Positions 37,040 to 49,679 of a stretch of 64,000 bases of DNA are shown here, piece by piece. The stretch is from assembly GCF_009914755.1 (NCBI RefSeq), contig NC_060943.1. One strand, written 5' to 3'. The DNA comes from the human T2T-CHM13v2.0 reference genome, Homo sapiens. The number at the start of each line of letters is the position of its first letter. Position 1 is the first letter of the stretch. Both the position numbers and the translations under genes were made by a program. Below the pieces are notes generated by a model. The model made no database searches, was not told where the DNA came from, and worked only from the letters and a program-made list of their open reading frames with translations.

Positions 37040-40000
37040 CTTTACACAGAGCAGACTTGAAACACTGTTTTTGTGGAATTTGCAAGTGGAGATTTCAGCC
37101 GCTTTGAGGTCAATGGTAGAATAGGAAATATCTTCCTATAGAAACTAGACAGAATGATTCTCAGAAACTCCTTTGTGATGTGTGCGTTCAACTCACACAG
37201 TTTAACCTTTCTTTTCATAGAGCAGTTAGGAAACACTCTGTTTGTAAAGTCTGCAAGTGGATATTCAGACCTCCTTGATGCCTTCGTTGGAAACGGGATT
37301 TCTTCATATTCTGCTAGACAGAAGAATTCTCAGTAACTTCCTTGTGTTGTGTGTATTCAACTCACAGAGTTGAACGATCCTTTACACAGAGCAGACTTGA
37401 AACACTCTTTTTGTGGAATTTACAAGTGGAGATTTCAGCCGCTTTGAGTTCAATGGTAGAATAGGAAATATCTTCCTATAGAAACTAGACAGAATGATTC
37501 TCAGAAACTCCTTTGTGATGTGTGCGTTCAACTCACAGAGTTCAACCTTTCTTTTCATAGAGCAGTTGGGAAACACTCTGTTTGTAAAGTCTGCAAGTGG
37601 ATATTCAGACTTCTTTGAGGCCTTCGTTGGAAGCGGGATTTCTTCATGTTCTGCTAGACAGAAGAATTCTCAGAAACTTCCTTGTGTTGTGTGTTTTCAA
37701 CTCACAGAGTTGAACGATCCTTTACACAGAGCAGACTTGAAACACTCCTTTTGTGGAATTTGCAAGTGGAGATTTCAGCCGCTTTGAGGTCAATGGTAGA
37801 ATAGGAAATATCTTCCTATAGAAAGTAGACAGAATGATTCTCAGAAACTCCTTTGTGATGTGTGCGTTCAACTCACAGAGTTTAACCTTTCTTTTCATAG
37901 AGCAGTTAGGAAACACTCTGTTTGTAAAGTCTGCAAGTGGATATTCAGACCTCCTTGAGGCCTTCGTTGGAAACGGGATTTCTTCATATTCTGCTAGACA
38001 GAAGAATTCTCAGTAACTTCCTTGTGTTGTGTGTATTCAACTCACAGAGTTGAACGATCCTTTACACAGAGCAGACTTGAAACACTCTTTTTTGGAATTT
38101 GCAAGTGGAGATTTCAGCCGCTTTGAGTTCAATGGTAGAATAGGAAATATCTTCCTATAGAAACTAGACAGAATGATTCTCAGAAACTCCTTTGTGATGT
38201 GTGCGTTCAACTCACAGAGTTCAACCTTTCTTTTCATAGAGCAGTTGGGAAACACTCTGTTTGTAAAGTCTGCAAGTGGATATTCAGACCTCCTTGAGGC
38301 CTTCGTTGGAAACGGGATTTCTTCATATTATGCTAGACAGAAGAATTCTCAGAAACTTCCTTGTGTTGTGTGTTTTCAACTCACAGAATTGAACGATGCT
38401 TTACACAGAGTAGACTTGAAACACTCTTTTTGTGTAATTTGCAAGTGGAGATTTCAGCCGCTTTGAGGTCAATGGTAGAAAAGGAAATATCTTCGTATAA
38501 AAACTAGACAGAATGATTCTCAGAAACTCCTTTGTGATGTGTGCGTTCACCTCACAGAGTTTAACCTTTCTTTTCATAGAGCAGTTAGGAAACACTCTGT
38601 TTGTAAAGTCTGCAAGTGGATATTCAGACCTCCTTGAGGCCTTCGTTGGAAACGGGATTTCTTCATATTATGCTAGACAGAAGAATTCTCAGTAACTTCC
38701 TTGTGTTGTGTGTATTCAACTCACAGAGTTGAACGATCCTTTACACAGAGCAGACTTGAAACACTCTTTTTGTGGAATTTGCAAGTGGAGATTTCAGCCG
38801 CTTTGAGGTCAATGGTAGAATAGGAAATATCTTCATATAGAAACTAGACAGAATGATTCTCAGAAACTCCTTTGTGATGTGTGCGTTCAACTCACACAGT
38901 TTAACCTTTCTTTTCATAGAGCAGTTAGGAAACACTCTGTAAAGTCTGCAAGTAGATATTCAGACCTCCTTGAGGCATTCGTTGGAAACGGGATTTCTTC
39001 ATATTATGCTAGACAGAAGAATTCTCAGTAACTTCCTTGTGTTGTGTGTATTCAACTCACAGAGTTGAACGATCCTTTACACAGAGCAGACTTGAAACAC
39101 TCTTTTTGTGGAATTTGCAAGTGGAGATTTCAGCCGCTTTGAGTTCAATGGTAGAATAGGAAATATCTTCCTATAGAAACTAGACAGAATGATTCTCAGA
39201 AACTCCTTTGTGATGTGTGCATTCAACTCACAGAGTTCAACCTTTCTTTTCATAGAGCAGTTGGGAAACACTCTGTTTGTAAAGTCTGCAAGTGGATATT
39301 CAGACTTCTTTGAGGCCTTCGTTGGAAGCGGGATTTCTTCATGTTCTGCTAGACAGAAGAATTCTCAGTAACTGCCTTGTGTTGTGTGTATTCAACTCAC
39401 AGAGTTGAACGATCCTTTACACAGAGCAGACTTGAAACACTCCTTTTGTGGAATTTGCAAGTGGAGATTTCAGCCGCTTTGAGGTCAATGGTAGAATAGG
39501 AAATATCTTCCTATAGAAACTAGACAGAATGATTCTCAGAAACTCCTTTGTGATGTGTGCGTTCAACTCACAGAGTTTAACCTTTCTTTTCATAGAGCAG
39601 TTAGGAAACACTCTGTTTGTAAAGTCTGCAAGTGGATATTCAGACATCCTTGAGGCTTTCGTTGGAAACGGGATTTATTCATATTCTGCTAGACAGAAGA
39701 ATTCTCAGAAACTTCCTTGTGTTGTGTGTTTTCAACTCACAGAGTTGAACGATCCTTTACACAGAGCAGACTTGAAACACTCCTTGTGTGGAATTTGCAA
39801 GTGGAGATTTCAGCCGCTTTGAGGTCAATGGTAGAATAGGAAATATCTTCCTATAGAAAGTAGACAGAATGATTCTCAGAAACTCCTTTGTGATGTGTGC
39901 GTTCAACTCACAGAGTTTAACCTTTCTTTTCATAGAGCAGTTAGGAAACACTCTGTTTGTAAAGTCTGCAAGTGGATATTCAGACCTCCTTGAGGCCTTC

Positions 40001-43000
40001 GTTGGAAACGGGATTTCTTCATATTCTGCTAGACAGAAGAATTCTCAGTAACTTCCTTGTGTTGTGTGTATTCAACTCACAGAGTTGAACGATCCTTTAC
40101 ACAGAGCAGACTTGAAACACTCTTTTTGTGGAATTTGCAAGTGGAGATTTCAGCCGCTTTGAGTTCAATGGTAGAATAGGAAATATCTTCCTATAGAAAC
40201 TAGACAGAATGATTCTCAGAAACTCCTTTGTGATGTGTGCGTTCAACTCACAGAGTTCAACCTTTCTTTTCATAGAGCAGTTGGGAAACACTCTGTTTGT
40301 AAAGTCTGCAAGTGGATATTCAGACTTCTTTGAGGCCTTCGTTGGAAGCGGGATTTCTTCATATTCTGCTAGACAGAAGAATTCTCAGTAACTGCCTTGT
40401 GTTGTGTGTATTCAACTCACAGAGTTGAACGATCGTTTACACAGAGCAGACTTGAAACGCTCTTTTTGTGGAACTTGCAAGTGGAGATTTCAGCCGCTTT
40501 GAGGTCAATGGTAGAATAGGAAATATCTTCCTATAGAAACTAGACAGAATGATTCTCAGAAACTCCTTTGTGATGTGTGCGTTCAACTCACAGAGTTTAA
40601 CCTTTCTTTTCATAGAGCAGTTAGGAAACACTCTGTTTGTAAAGTCTGCAAGTGGATATTCAGACCTCCTTGAGGCCTTCGTTGGAAACAGGATTTCTTC
40701 ATATTATGCTAGACAGAAGAATTCTCAGTAACTTCCTTGTGTTGTGTGTATTCAATTCACAGAGTTGAACGATCCTTTACACAGAGCAGACTTGAAACAC
40801 TCTTTTTGTGTAATTTGCAAGTGGAGATTTCAGCCGCTTTGAGGTCAATGGTAGAAAAGGAAATATCTTCGTATAAAAACTAGACAGAATGATTCTCAGA
40901 AACTCCTTTGTGATGTGTGCGTTCACCTCACAGAGTTTAACCTTTCTTTTCATAGAGCAGTTAGGAAACACTCTGTTTGTAAAGTCTGCAAGTGGATATT
41001 CAGACCTCCTTGAGGCCTTCGTTGGAAACGGGATTTCTTCATATTATGCTAGACAGAAGAATTCTCAGTAACTTCCTTGTGTTGTGTGTATTCAACTCAC
41101 AGAGTTGAACGATCCTTTACACAGAGCAGACTTGAAACACTCTTTTTGTGGAATTTGCAAGTGGAGATTTCAGCCGCTTTGAGGTCAATGGTAGAATAGG
41201 AAATATCTTCATATAGAAACTAGACAGAATGATTCTCAGAAACTCCTTTGTGATGTGTGCGTTCAACTCACACAGTTTAACCTTTCTTTTCATAGAGCAG
41301 TTAGGAAACACTCTGTTTGTAAAGTCTGCAAGTGGATATTCAGACCTCCTTGAGGCATTCGTTGGAAACGGGATTTCTTCATATTATGCTAGACAGAAGA
41401 ATTCTCAGTAACTTCCTTGTGTTGTGTGTATTCAACTCACAGAGTTGAACGATCCTTTACACAGAGCAGACTTGAAACACTCTTTTTGTGGAATTTGCAA
41501 GCGGAGATTTCAGCCGCTTTGAGTTCAATGGTAGAATAGGAAATATCTTCCTATAGAAACTAGACAGAATGATTCTCAGAAACTCCTTTGTGATGTGTGC
41601 GTTCAACTCACAGAGTTCAACCTTTCTTTTAATAGAGCAGTTGGGAAACACTCTGTATGTAAAGTCTGCAAGTGGATATTCAGACTTCTTTGAGGCCTTC
41701 TTTGGAAGCGGGATTTCTTCATATTCTGCTAGACAGAAGAATTCTCAGTAACTTCCTTGTGTTGTGTGTATTCAACTCACAGAGTTGAACGATCCTTTAC
41801 ACAGAGCAGACTTGAAACACTCTTTTTGTGGAATTTGCAAGTGGAGATTTCAGCCGTTTTGAGGTCAATGGTAGAATAGGAAATATCTTCCTATAGAAAC
41901 TAGACAGAATGATTCTCAGAAACTCCTTTGTGATGTGTGCGTTCAACTCACAGAGTTTAACCTTTCTTTTCATAGAGCAGTTAGGAAACACTCTGTTTGT
42001 AAAGTCTGCAAGTGGATATTCAGACATCCTTGAGGCTTTCGTTGGAAATGGGATTTCTTCATATTCTGCTAGACAGAAGAATTCTCAGTAACTTCCTTGT
42101 GTTGTGTGTATTCAACTCACAGAGTTGAACGATCCTTTACACAGAGCAGACTTGAAGCACTCTTTTTGTGGAATTTGCAAGTGGAGATTTCAGCCGCTTT
42201 CAGGTCAATGGTAGAATAGGAAATATCTTCCTATAGAAACTAGACAGAATGATTCTCAGAAACTCCTTTGTGATGTGTGCGTTCAACTCACAGAGTTTAA
42301 CCTTTCTTTTCATAGAGCAGTTGGGAAACACTCTGTTTGTAAAGTCTGCAAGTGGATATTCAGACATCCTTGAGGCTTTCGTTGGAAACGGGATTTCTTC
42401 ATATTCTGCTAGCAAGAAGAATTCTCAGTAACTTCCTTGTGTTGTGTGTATTCAACTCACAGAGTTGAACGATCCTTTACACAGAGCAGACTTGAAACAC
42501 TCTTTTTGTGGAATTTGCAAGTGGAGATTTCAGCCGCTTTGAGGTCAATGGTAGAATAGGAAATATCTTCCTATAGAAACTAGACAGAATGATTCTCAGA
42601 AACTCCTTTGTGATGTGTGCGTTCAACTCACACAGTTTAACCTTTCTTTTCATAGAGCAGTTAGGAAACACTCTGTTTGTAAAGTCTGCAAGTGGATATT
42701 CAGACCTCCTTGATGCCTTCGTTGGAAACGGGATTTCTTCATATTCTGCTAGACAGAAGAATTCTCAGTAACTTCCTTGTGTTGTGTGTATTCAACTCAC
42801 AGAGTTGAACGATCCTTTACACAGAGCAGACTTGAAACACTCTTTTTGTGGAATTTGCAAGTGGAGATTTCAGCCGCTTTGAGTTCAATGGTAGAATAGG
42901 AAATATCTTCCTATAGAAACTAGACAGAATGATTCTCAGAAACTCCTCTGTGATGTGTGCGTTCAACTCACAGAGTTCAACCTTTCTTTTCATAGAGCAG

Positions 43001-44500
43001 TTGGGAAACACTCTGTTTGTAAAGTCTGCAAGTGGATATTCAGACTTCTTTGAGGCCTTCGTTGGAAGCGGGATTTCTTCATGTTCTGCTAGACAGAAGA
43101 ATTCTCAGAAACTTCCTTGTGTTGTGTGTTGTCAACTCACAGAGTTGAACGATCCTTTACACAGAGCAGACTTGAAACACTCCTTTTGTGGAATTTGCAA
43201 GTGGAGATTTCAGCCGCTTTGAGGTCAATGGTAGAATAGGAAATATCTTCCTATAGAAAGTAGACAGAATGATTCTCAGAAACTCCTTTGTGATGTGTGC
43301 GTTCAACTCACAGAGTTTAACCTTTCTTTTCATAGAGCAGTTAGGAAACACTCTGTTTGTAAAGTGTGCAAGTGGATATTCAGACCTCCTTGAGGCCTTC
43401 GTTGGAAACGGGATTTCTTCATATTCTGCTAGACAGAAGAATTCTCAGTAACTTCCTTGTGTTGTGTGTATTCAACTCACAGAGTTGAACGATCCTTTAC
43501 ACAGAGCAGACTTGAAACACTCTTTTTTGGAATTTGCAAGTGGAGATTTCAGCCGCTTTGAGTTCAATGGTAGAATAGGAAATATCTTCCTATAGAAACT
43601 AGACAGAATGATTCTCAGAAACTCCTTTGTGATGTGTGCGTTCAACTCACAGAGTTCAACCTTTCTTTTCATAGAGCAGTTGGGAAACACTCTGTTTGTA
43701 AAGTCTGCAAGTGGATATTCAGACCTCCTTGAGGCCTTCGTTGGAAACGGGATTTCTTCATATTATGCTAGACAGAAGAATTCTCAGAAACTTCCTTGTG
43801 TTGTGTGTTTTCAACTCACAGAATTGAACGATGCTTTACACAGAGTAGACTTGAAACACTCTTTTTGTGTAATTTGCAAGTGGAGATTTCAGCCGCTTTG
43901 AGGTCAATGGTAGAAAAGGAAATATCTTCGTATAAAAACTAGACAGAATGATTCTCAGAAACTCCTTTGTGATGTGTGCGTTCACCTCACAGAGTTTAAC
44001 CTTTCTTTTCATAGAGCAGTTAGGAAACACTCTGTTTGTAAAGTCTGCAAGTGGATATTCAGACCTCCTTGAGGCCTTCGATGGAAACGGGATTTCTTCA
44101 TATTATGCTAGACAGAAGAATTCTCAGTAACTTCCTTGTGTTGTGTGTATTCAACTCACAGAGTTGAACGATCCTTTACACAGAGCAGACTTGAAACACT
44201 CTTTTTGTGGAATTTGCAAGTGGAGATTTCAGCCGCTTTGAGGTCAATGGTAGAATAGGAAATATCTTCATATAGAAACTAGACAGAATGATTCTCAGAA
44301 ACTCCTTTGTGATGTGTGCGTTCAACTCACACAGTTTAACCTTTCTTTTCATAGAGCAGTTAGGAAACACTCTGTTTGTAAAGTCTGCAAGTGGATATTC
44401 AGACCTCCTTGAGGCCTTCGTTGGAAACGGGATTTCTTCATATTATGCTAGACAGAAGAATTCTCAGTAACTTCCTTGTGTTGTGTGTATTCAACTCACA
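37040..44500 (+). repeat. Block duplication at 5,435-bp offset (~37040-38930 matches ~42475-44365)
   Basis: Shared CCTTGATGCC (~37277/42712), a G-deletion CTCTTTTTTGG (~38092/43527), CAGAATTGAACGATGC and TTCACCTC. Confidence 0.8.
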
Positions 44501-47500
44501 GAGTTGAACGATCCTTTACACAGAGCAGACTTGAAACACTCTTTTTGTGGAATTTGCAAGTGGAGATTTCAGCCGCTTTGAGTTCAATGGTAGAATAGGA
44601 AATATCTTCCTATAGACACTAGACAGAATGATTCTCAGAAACTCCTTTGTGATGTGTGCGTTCAACTCACAGAGTTCAACCTTTCTTTTCATAGAGCAGT
44701 TGGGAAACACTCTGTTTGTAAAGTCTGCAAGTGGATATTCAGACTTCTTTGAGGCCTTCCTTGGAAGCGGGATTTCTTCATATTCAGCTAGACAGAAGAA
44801 TTCTCAGTAACTTCCTTGTGTTGTGTGTATTCAACTCACAGAGTTGAACGATCCTTTACACAGAGCAGACTTGAAACACTCTTTTTGTGGAATTTGCAAG
44901 TGGAGATTTCAGCCGCTTTGAGGTCAATGGTAGAATAGGAAATATCTTCCTATAGAAACTAGACAGAATGATTCTCAGAAACTCCTTTGTGATGTGTGCG
45001 TTCAACTCACAGAGTTCAACCTTTCTTTTCATAGAGCAGTTGGGAAACACTCTGTTTGTAAAGTCTGCAAGTGGATATTCAGACTTCTTTGAGGCCTTCG
45101 TTGGAAGCGGGATTTCTTCATGTTCTGCTAGACAGAAGAATTCTCAGAAACTTCCTTGTGTTGTGTGTTTTCAACTCACAGAGTTGAACGATCCTTTACA
45201 CAGAGTAGACTTGAAACACTCTTTTTGTGTAATTTGCAAGTGGAGATTTCAGCCGCTTTGAGGTCAATGGTAGAAAAGGAAATATCTTCGTATAAAAACT
45301 AGACAGAATGATTCTCAGAAACTCCTTTGTGATGTGTGCGTTCAACTCACAGAGTTTAACCTATCTTTTCATAGAGCAGTTAGGAAACACTCTGTTTGTA
45401 AAGTCTGCAAGTGGATATTCAGACTTCTTTGAAGCCTTCGTTGGAAGCGGGATTTCTTCATGTTCTGCTAGAAAGAAGAATTCTCAGTAACTTCCTTGTG
45501 TTGTGTGTATTCAACTCACAGAGTTGAACGATCCTTTACACAGAGCAGACTTGAAACACTCTTTTTGTGGAATTTGCAAGTGGAGATTTCAGCCGCTTTG
45601 AGGTCAATGGTAGAATAGGAAATATCTTCCTATAGAAAGTAGACAGAATGATTCTCAGAAACTCCTTTGTGATGTGTGCGTTCAACTCACAGAGTTTAAC
45701 CTTTCTTTTCATAGAGCAGTTAGGAAACACTCTGTTTGTAAAGTCTGCAAGTAGATATTCAGACCTCCTTGGGGCCTTCGTTGGAAACGGGATTTCTTCA
45801 TATTATGCTAGAGAGAGGAATTCTCAGTAACTTCCTTGTGTTGTGTGTATTCAACTCACAGAGTTGAACGATCCTTTACACAGAGCAGACTTGAAACACT
45901 CTTTTTGTGGAATTTGCAAGTGGAGATTTCAGCCGCTTTGAGTTCAATGCTAGAATAGGAAATATCTTCCTATAGAAACTACACAGAATGATTCTCAGAA
46001 ACTCCTTTGTGATGTGTGCGTTCAACTCACAGAGTTCAACCTTTCTTTTCATAGAGCAGTTGGGAAACACTCTGTTTGTAAAGTCTGCAAGTGGATATTC
46101 AGACTTCTTTGAGGCCTTCGTTGGAAGCGGGATTTCTTCATATTCTGCTAGACAGAAGAATTCTCAGTAACTTCCATGTGTTGTGTGTATTCAACTCACA
46201 GAGTTGAACGATCCTTTACACAGAGCAGACTTGAAACACTCTTTTTGTGGAATTTGCAAGTGGAGATTTCAGCCGCTTTGAGGTCAATGGTAGAATAGGA
46301 AATATCTTCCTATAGAAACTAGACAGAATGATTCTCAGAAACTCCTTTGTGATGTGTGCGTTCAACTCACAGAGTTCAACCTTTCTTTTCATAGAGCAGT
46401 TGGGAAACACTCTGTTTGTAAAGTCTGCAAGTGGATATTCAGACTTCTTTGAGGCCTTCGTTGGAAGCGGGATTTCTTCATGTTCTGCTAGACAGAAGAA
46501 TTCTCAGAAACTTCCTTGTGTTGTGTGTTTTCAACTCACAGAGTTGAACGATCCTTTACACAGAGCAGACTTGAAACACTCCTTTTGTGGAATTTGCAAG
46601 TGGAGATTTCAGCCGCTTTGAGGTCAATGGTAGAATAGGAAATATCTTCCTATAGAAAGTAGACAGAATGATTCTCAGAAACTGCTTTGTGATGTGTGCT
46701 TTCAACTCACAGAGTTTAACCTTTCTTTTCATAGAGCAGTTAGGACACACTCTGTAAAGTCTGCAAGTGGATATTCAGACCTCCTTGAGGCCTTCGTTGG
46801 AAACAGGATTTCTTCATATTCTGCTAGACAGAAGAATTCTCAGTAACTTCCTTGTGTTGTGTGTATTCAACTCACAGAGTTGAACGATCCTTTACACAGA
46901 GCAGACTTGAAACACTCTTTTTGTGGAATTTGCAAGTGGAGATTTCAGCCGCTTTGAGTTCAATGGTAGAATAGGAAATATCTTCCTATAGAAACTAGAC
47001 AGAATGATTCTCAGAAACTCCTTTGTGATGTGTGCGTTCAACTCACAGAGTTCAACCTTTCTTTTCATAGAGCAGTTGGGAAACACTCTGTTTGTAAAGT
47101 CTGCAAGTGGATATTCAGACTTCTTTGAGGCCTTCGTTGGAAGCGGGATTTCTTCATATTCTGCTAGACAGAAGAATTCTCAGTAACTGCCTTGTGTTGT
47201 GTGTATTCAACTCACAGAGTTGAACGATCCTTTACACAGAGCAGACTTGAAACACTCTTTTTGTGGAACTTGCAATTGGAGATTTCAGCCGCTTTGAGGT
47301 CAATGGTAGAATAGGAAATATCTTCCTATAGAAACTAGACAGAATGATTCTCAGAAACTCCTTTGTGATGTGTGCGTTCAACTCACAGAGTTTAACCTTT
47401 CTTTTCATAGAGCAGTTAGGAAACACTCTGTTTGTAAAGTCTGCAAGTGGATATTCAGACATCCTTGAGGCTTTCGTTGGAAACGGGATTTCTTCATATT

Positions 47501-49679
47501 CTGCTAGAAAGAAGAATTCTCAGTAACTTCCTTGTGTTGTGTGTATTCAACTCACAGAGTTGAACGATCCTTTACACAGAGCAGACTTGAAACACTCTTT
47601 TTGTGGAATTTGCAAGTGGAGATTTCAGCCACTTTGAGGTCAATGGTAGAATAGGAAATATCTTCCTATAGAAACTAGACAGAATGATTCTCAGAAACTC
47701 CTTTGTGATGTGTGCGTTCAACTCACAGAGTTTAACCTTTCTTTTCATAGAGCAGTTAGGAAACACTCTGTTTGTAAAGTCTGCAAGTGGATATTCAGAC
47801 ATCTTTGAGGCCTTCGTTGGAAACGGGATTTCTTCATGTTCTGCTAGACAGAAGAATTCTCAGAAACTTCCTTGTGTTGTGTGTTTTCAACTCACAGAGT
47901 TGAACGATGCTTTACACAGAGTAGACTTGAAACACTCTTTTTGTGTAATTTGCAAGTGGAGATTTCAGCCGCTTTGAGGTCAATGGTAGAAAAGGAAATA
48001 TCTTCGTATAAAAACTAGACAGAATGATTCTCAGAAACTCCTTTGTGATGTGTGCGTTCAACTCACAGAGTTTAACCTTTCTTTTCATAGAGCAGTTAGG
48101 AAACACTCTGTTTGTAAAGTCTGCAAGTGGATATTCAGACCTCCTTGAGGCCTTCGTTGGAAACGGGATTTCTTCATATTTTGCTAGACAGAAGAATTCT
48201 CAGTAACTTCCTTGTGTTGTGTGTATTCAACTCACAGAGTTGAACGATCCTTTACACAGAGCAGACTTGAAACACTCTTTTTGTGGAATTTGCAAGTGGA
48301 GATTTCAGCCGCTTTGAGTTCAATGGTAGAATAGGAAATATCTTCCTATAGAAACTACACAGAATGATTCTCAGAAACTCCTTTGTGATGTGTGCGTTCA
48401 ACTCACAGAGTTCAACCTTTCTTTTCATAGAGCAGTTGGGAAACACTCTGTTTGTAAAGTCTGCAAGTGGATATTCAGACTTCTTTGAGGCCTTCGTTGG
48501 AAGCGGGATTTCTTCATATTCTGCTAGACAGAAGAATTCTCAGTAACTTCCTTGTGTTGTGTGTATACAACTCACAGAGTTGAACGATCCTTTACACAGA
48601 GCAGACTTGAAACACTCTTTTTGTGGAATTTGCAAGTGGAGATTTCAGCCGCTTTGAGGTCAATGGTAGAATAGGAAATATCTTCCTATAGAAACTAGAC
48701 AGAATGATTCTCAGAAACTCCTTTGTGATGTGTGCGTTCAACTCACAGAGTTTAACCTTTCTTTTCATAGAGCAGTTAGGAAACACTCTGTTTGTAAAGT
48801 CTGCAAGTGGATATTCAGATATCCTTGAGGCTTTCGTTGGAAACGGGATTTCTTCATATTCTGCTAGAAAGAAGAATTCTCAGTAACTTCCTTGTGTTGT
48901 GTGTATTCAACTCACAGAGTTGAACGATCCTTTACACAGAGCAGACTTGAAACACTCTTTTTGTGGAATTTGCAAGTGGAGATTTCAGCCGCTTTGAGGT
49001 CAATGGTAGAATAGGAAATATCTTCCTATAGAAACTAGACAGAATGATTCTCAGAAACTCCTTTGTGATGTGTGCGTTCAACTCACAGAGTTTAACCTTT
49101 CTTTTCATAGAGCAGTTAGGAAACACTCTGTTTGTAAATTCTGCAAGTGGATATTCAGACCTCCTTAAGGCCTTCGTTGGAAACGGGATTTCTTCATATT
49201 ATGCTAGACAGAAGAATTCTCAGTAACTTCCTTGTGTTGTGTGTATTCAACTCACAGAGTTGAACGATCCTTTACACAGAGCAGGCTTGAAACACTCTTT
49301 TTGTGGAATTTGCAAGTGGAGATTTCAGCCGCTTTGAGGTCAATGGTAGAATAGGAAATATCTTCCTATAGAAACTAGACAGAATGATTCTGAGAAACTC
49401 CTTTGTGATGTGTGCGTTCAACTCACACAGTTTAACCTTTCTTATCATAGAGCAGTTAGGAAACACTCTGTTTGTAAAGTCTGCAAGTGGATATTCCGAC
49501 CTCCTTGAGGCCTTCGTTGGAAACGGGATTTCTTCATATTATGCTAGACAGAAGAATTCTCAGTAACTTCCTTGTGTTGTGTGTATTCAACTCACAGAGT
49601 TGAACGATCCTTTACACAGAGCAGACTTGAAACACTCTTTTTGTGGAATTTGCAAGTGGAGATTTCAGCCGCTTTGAGT

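Noticed and set aside
44076-44092. CTTCGATGGAAACGGGA as an inactivated CENP-B box
   Set aside because: The change is at a non-essential position and the TTCG/A/CGGG core is intact. First-base variants (ATTCG, TTTCG) are likewise not counted as broken.
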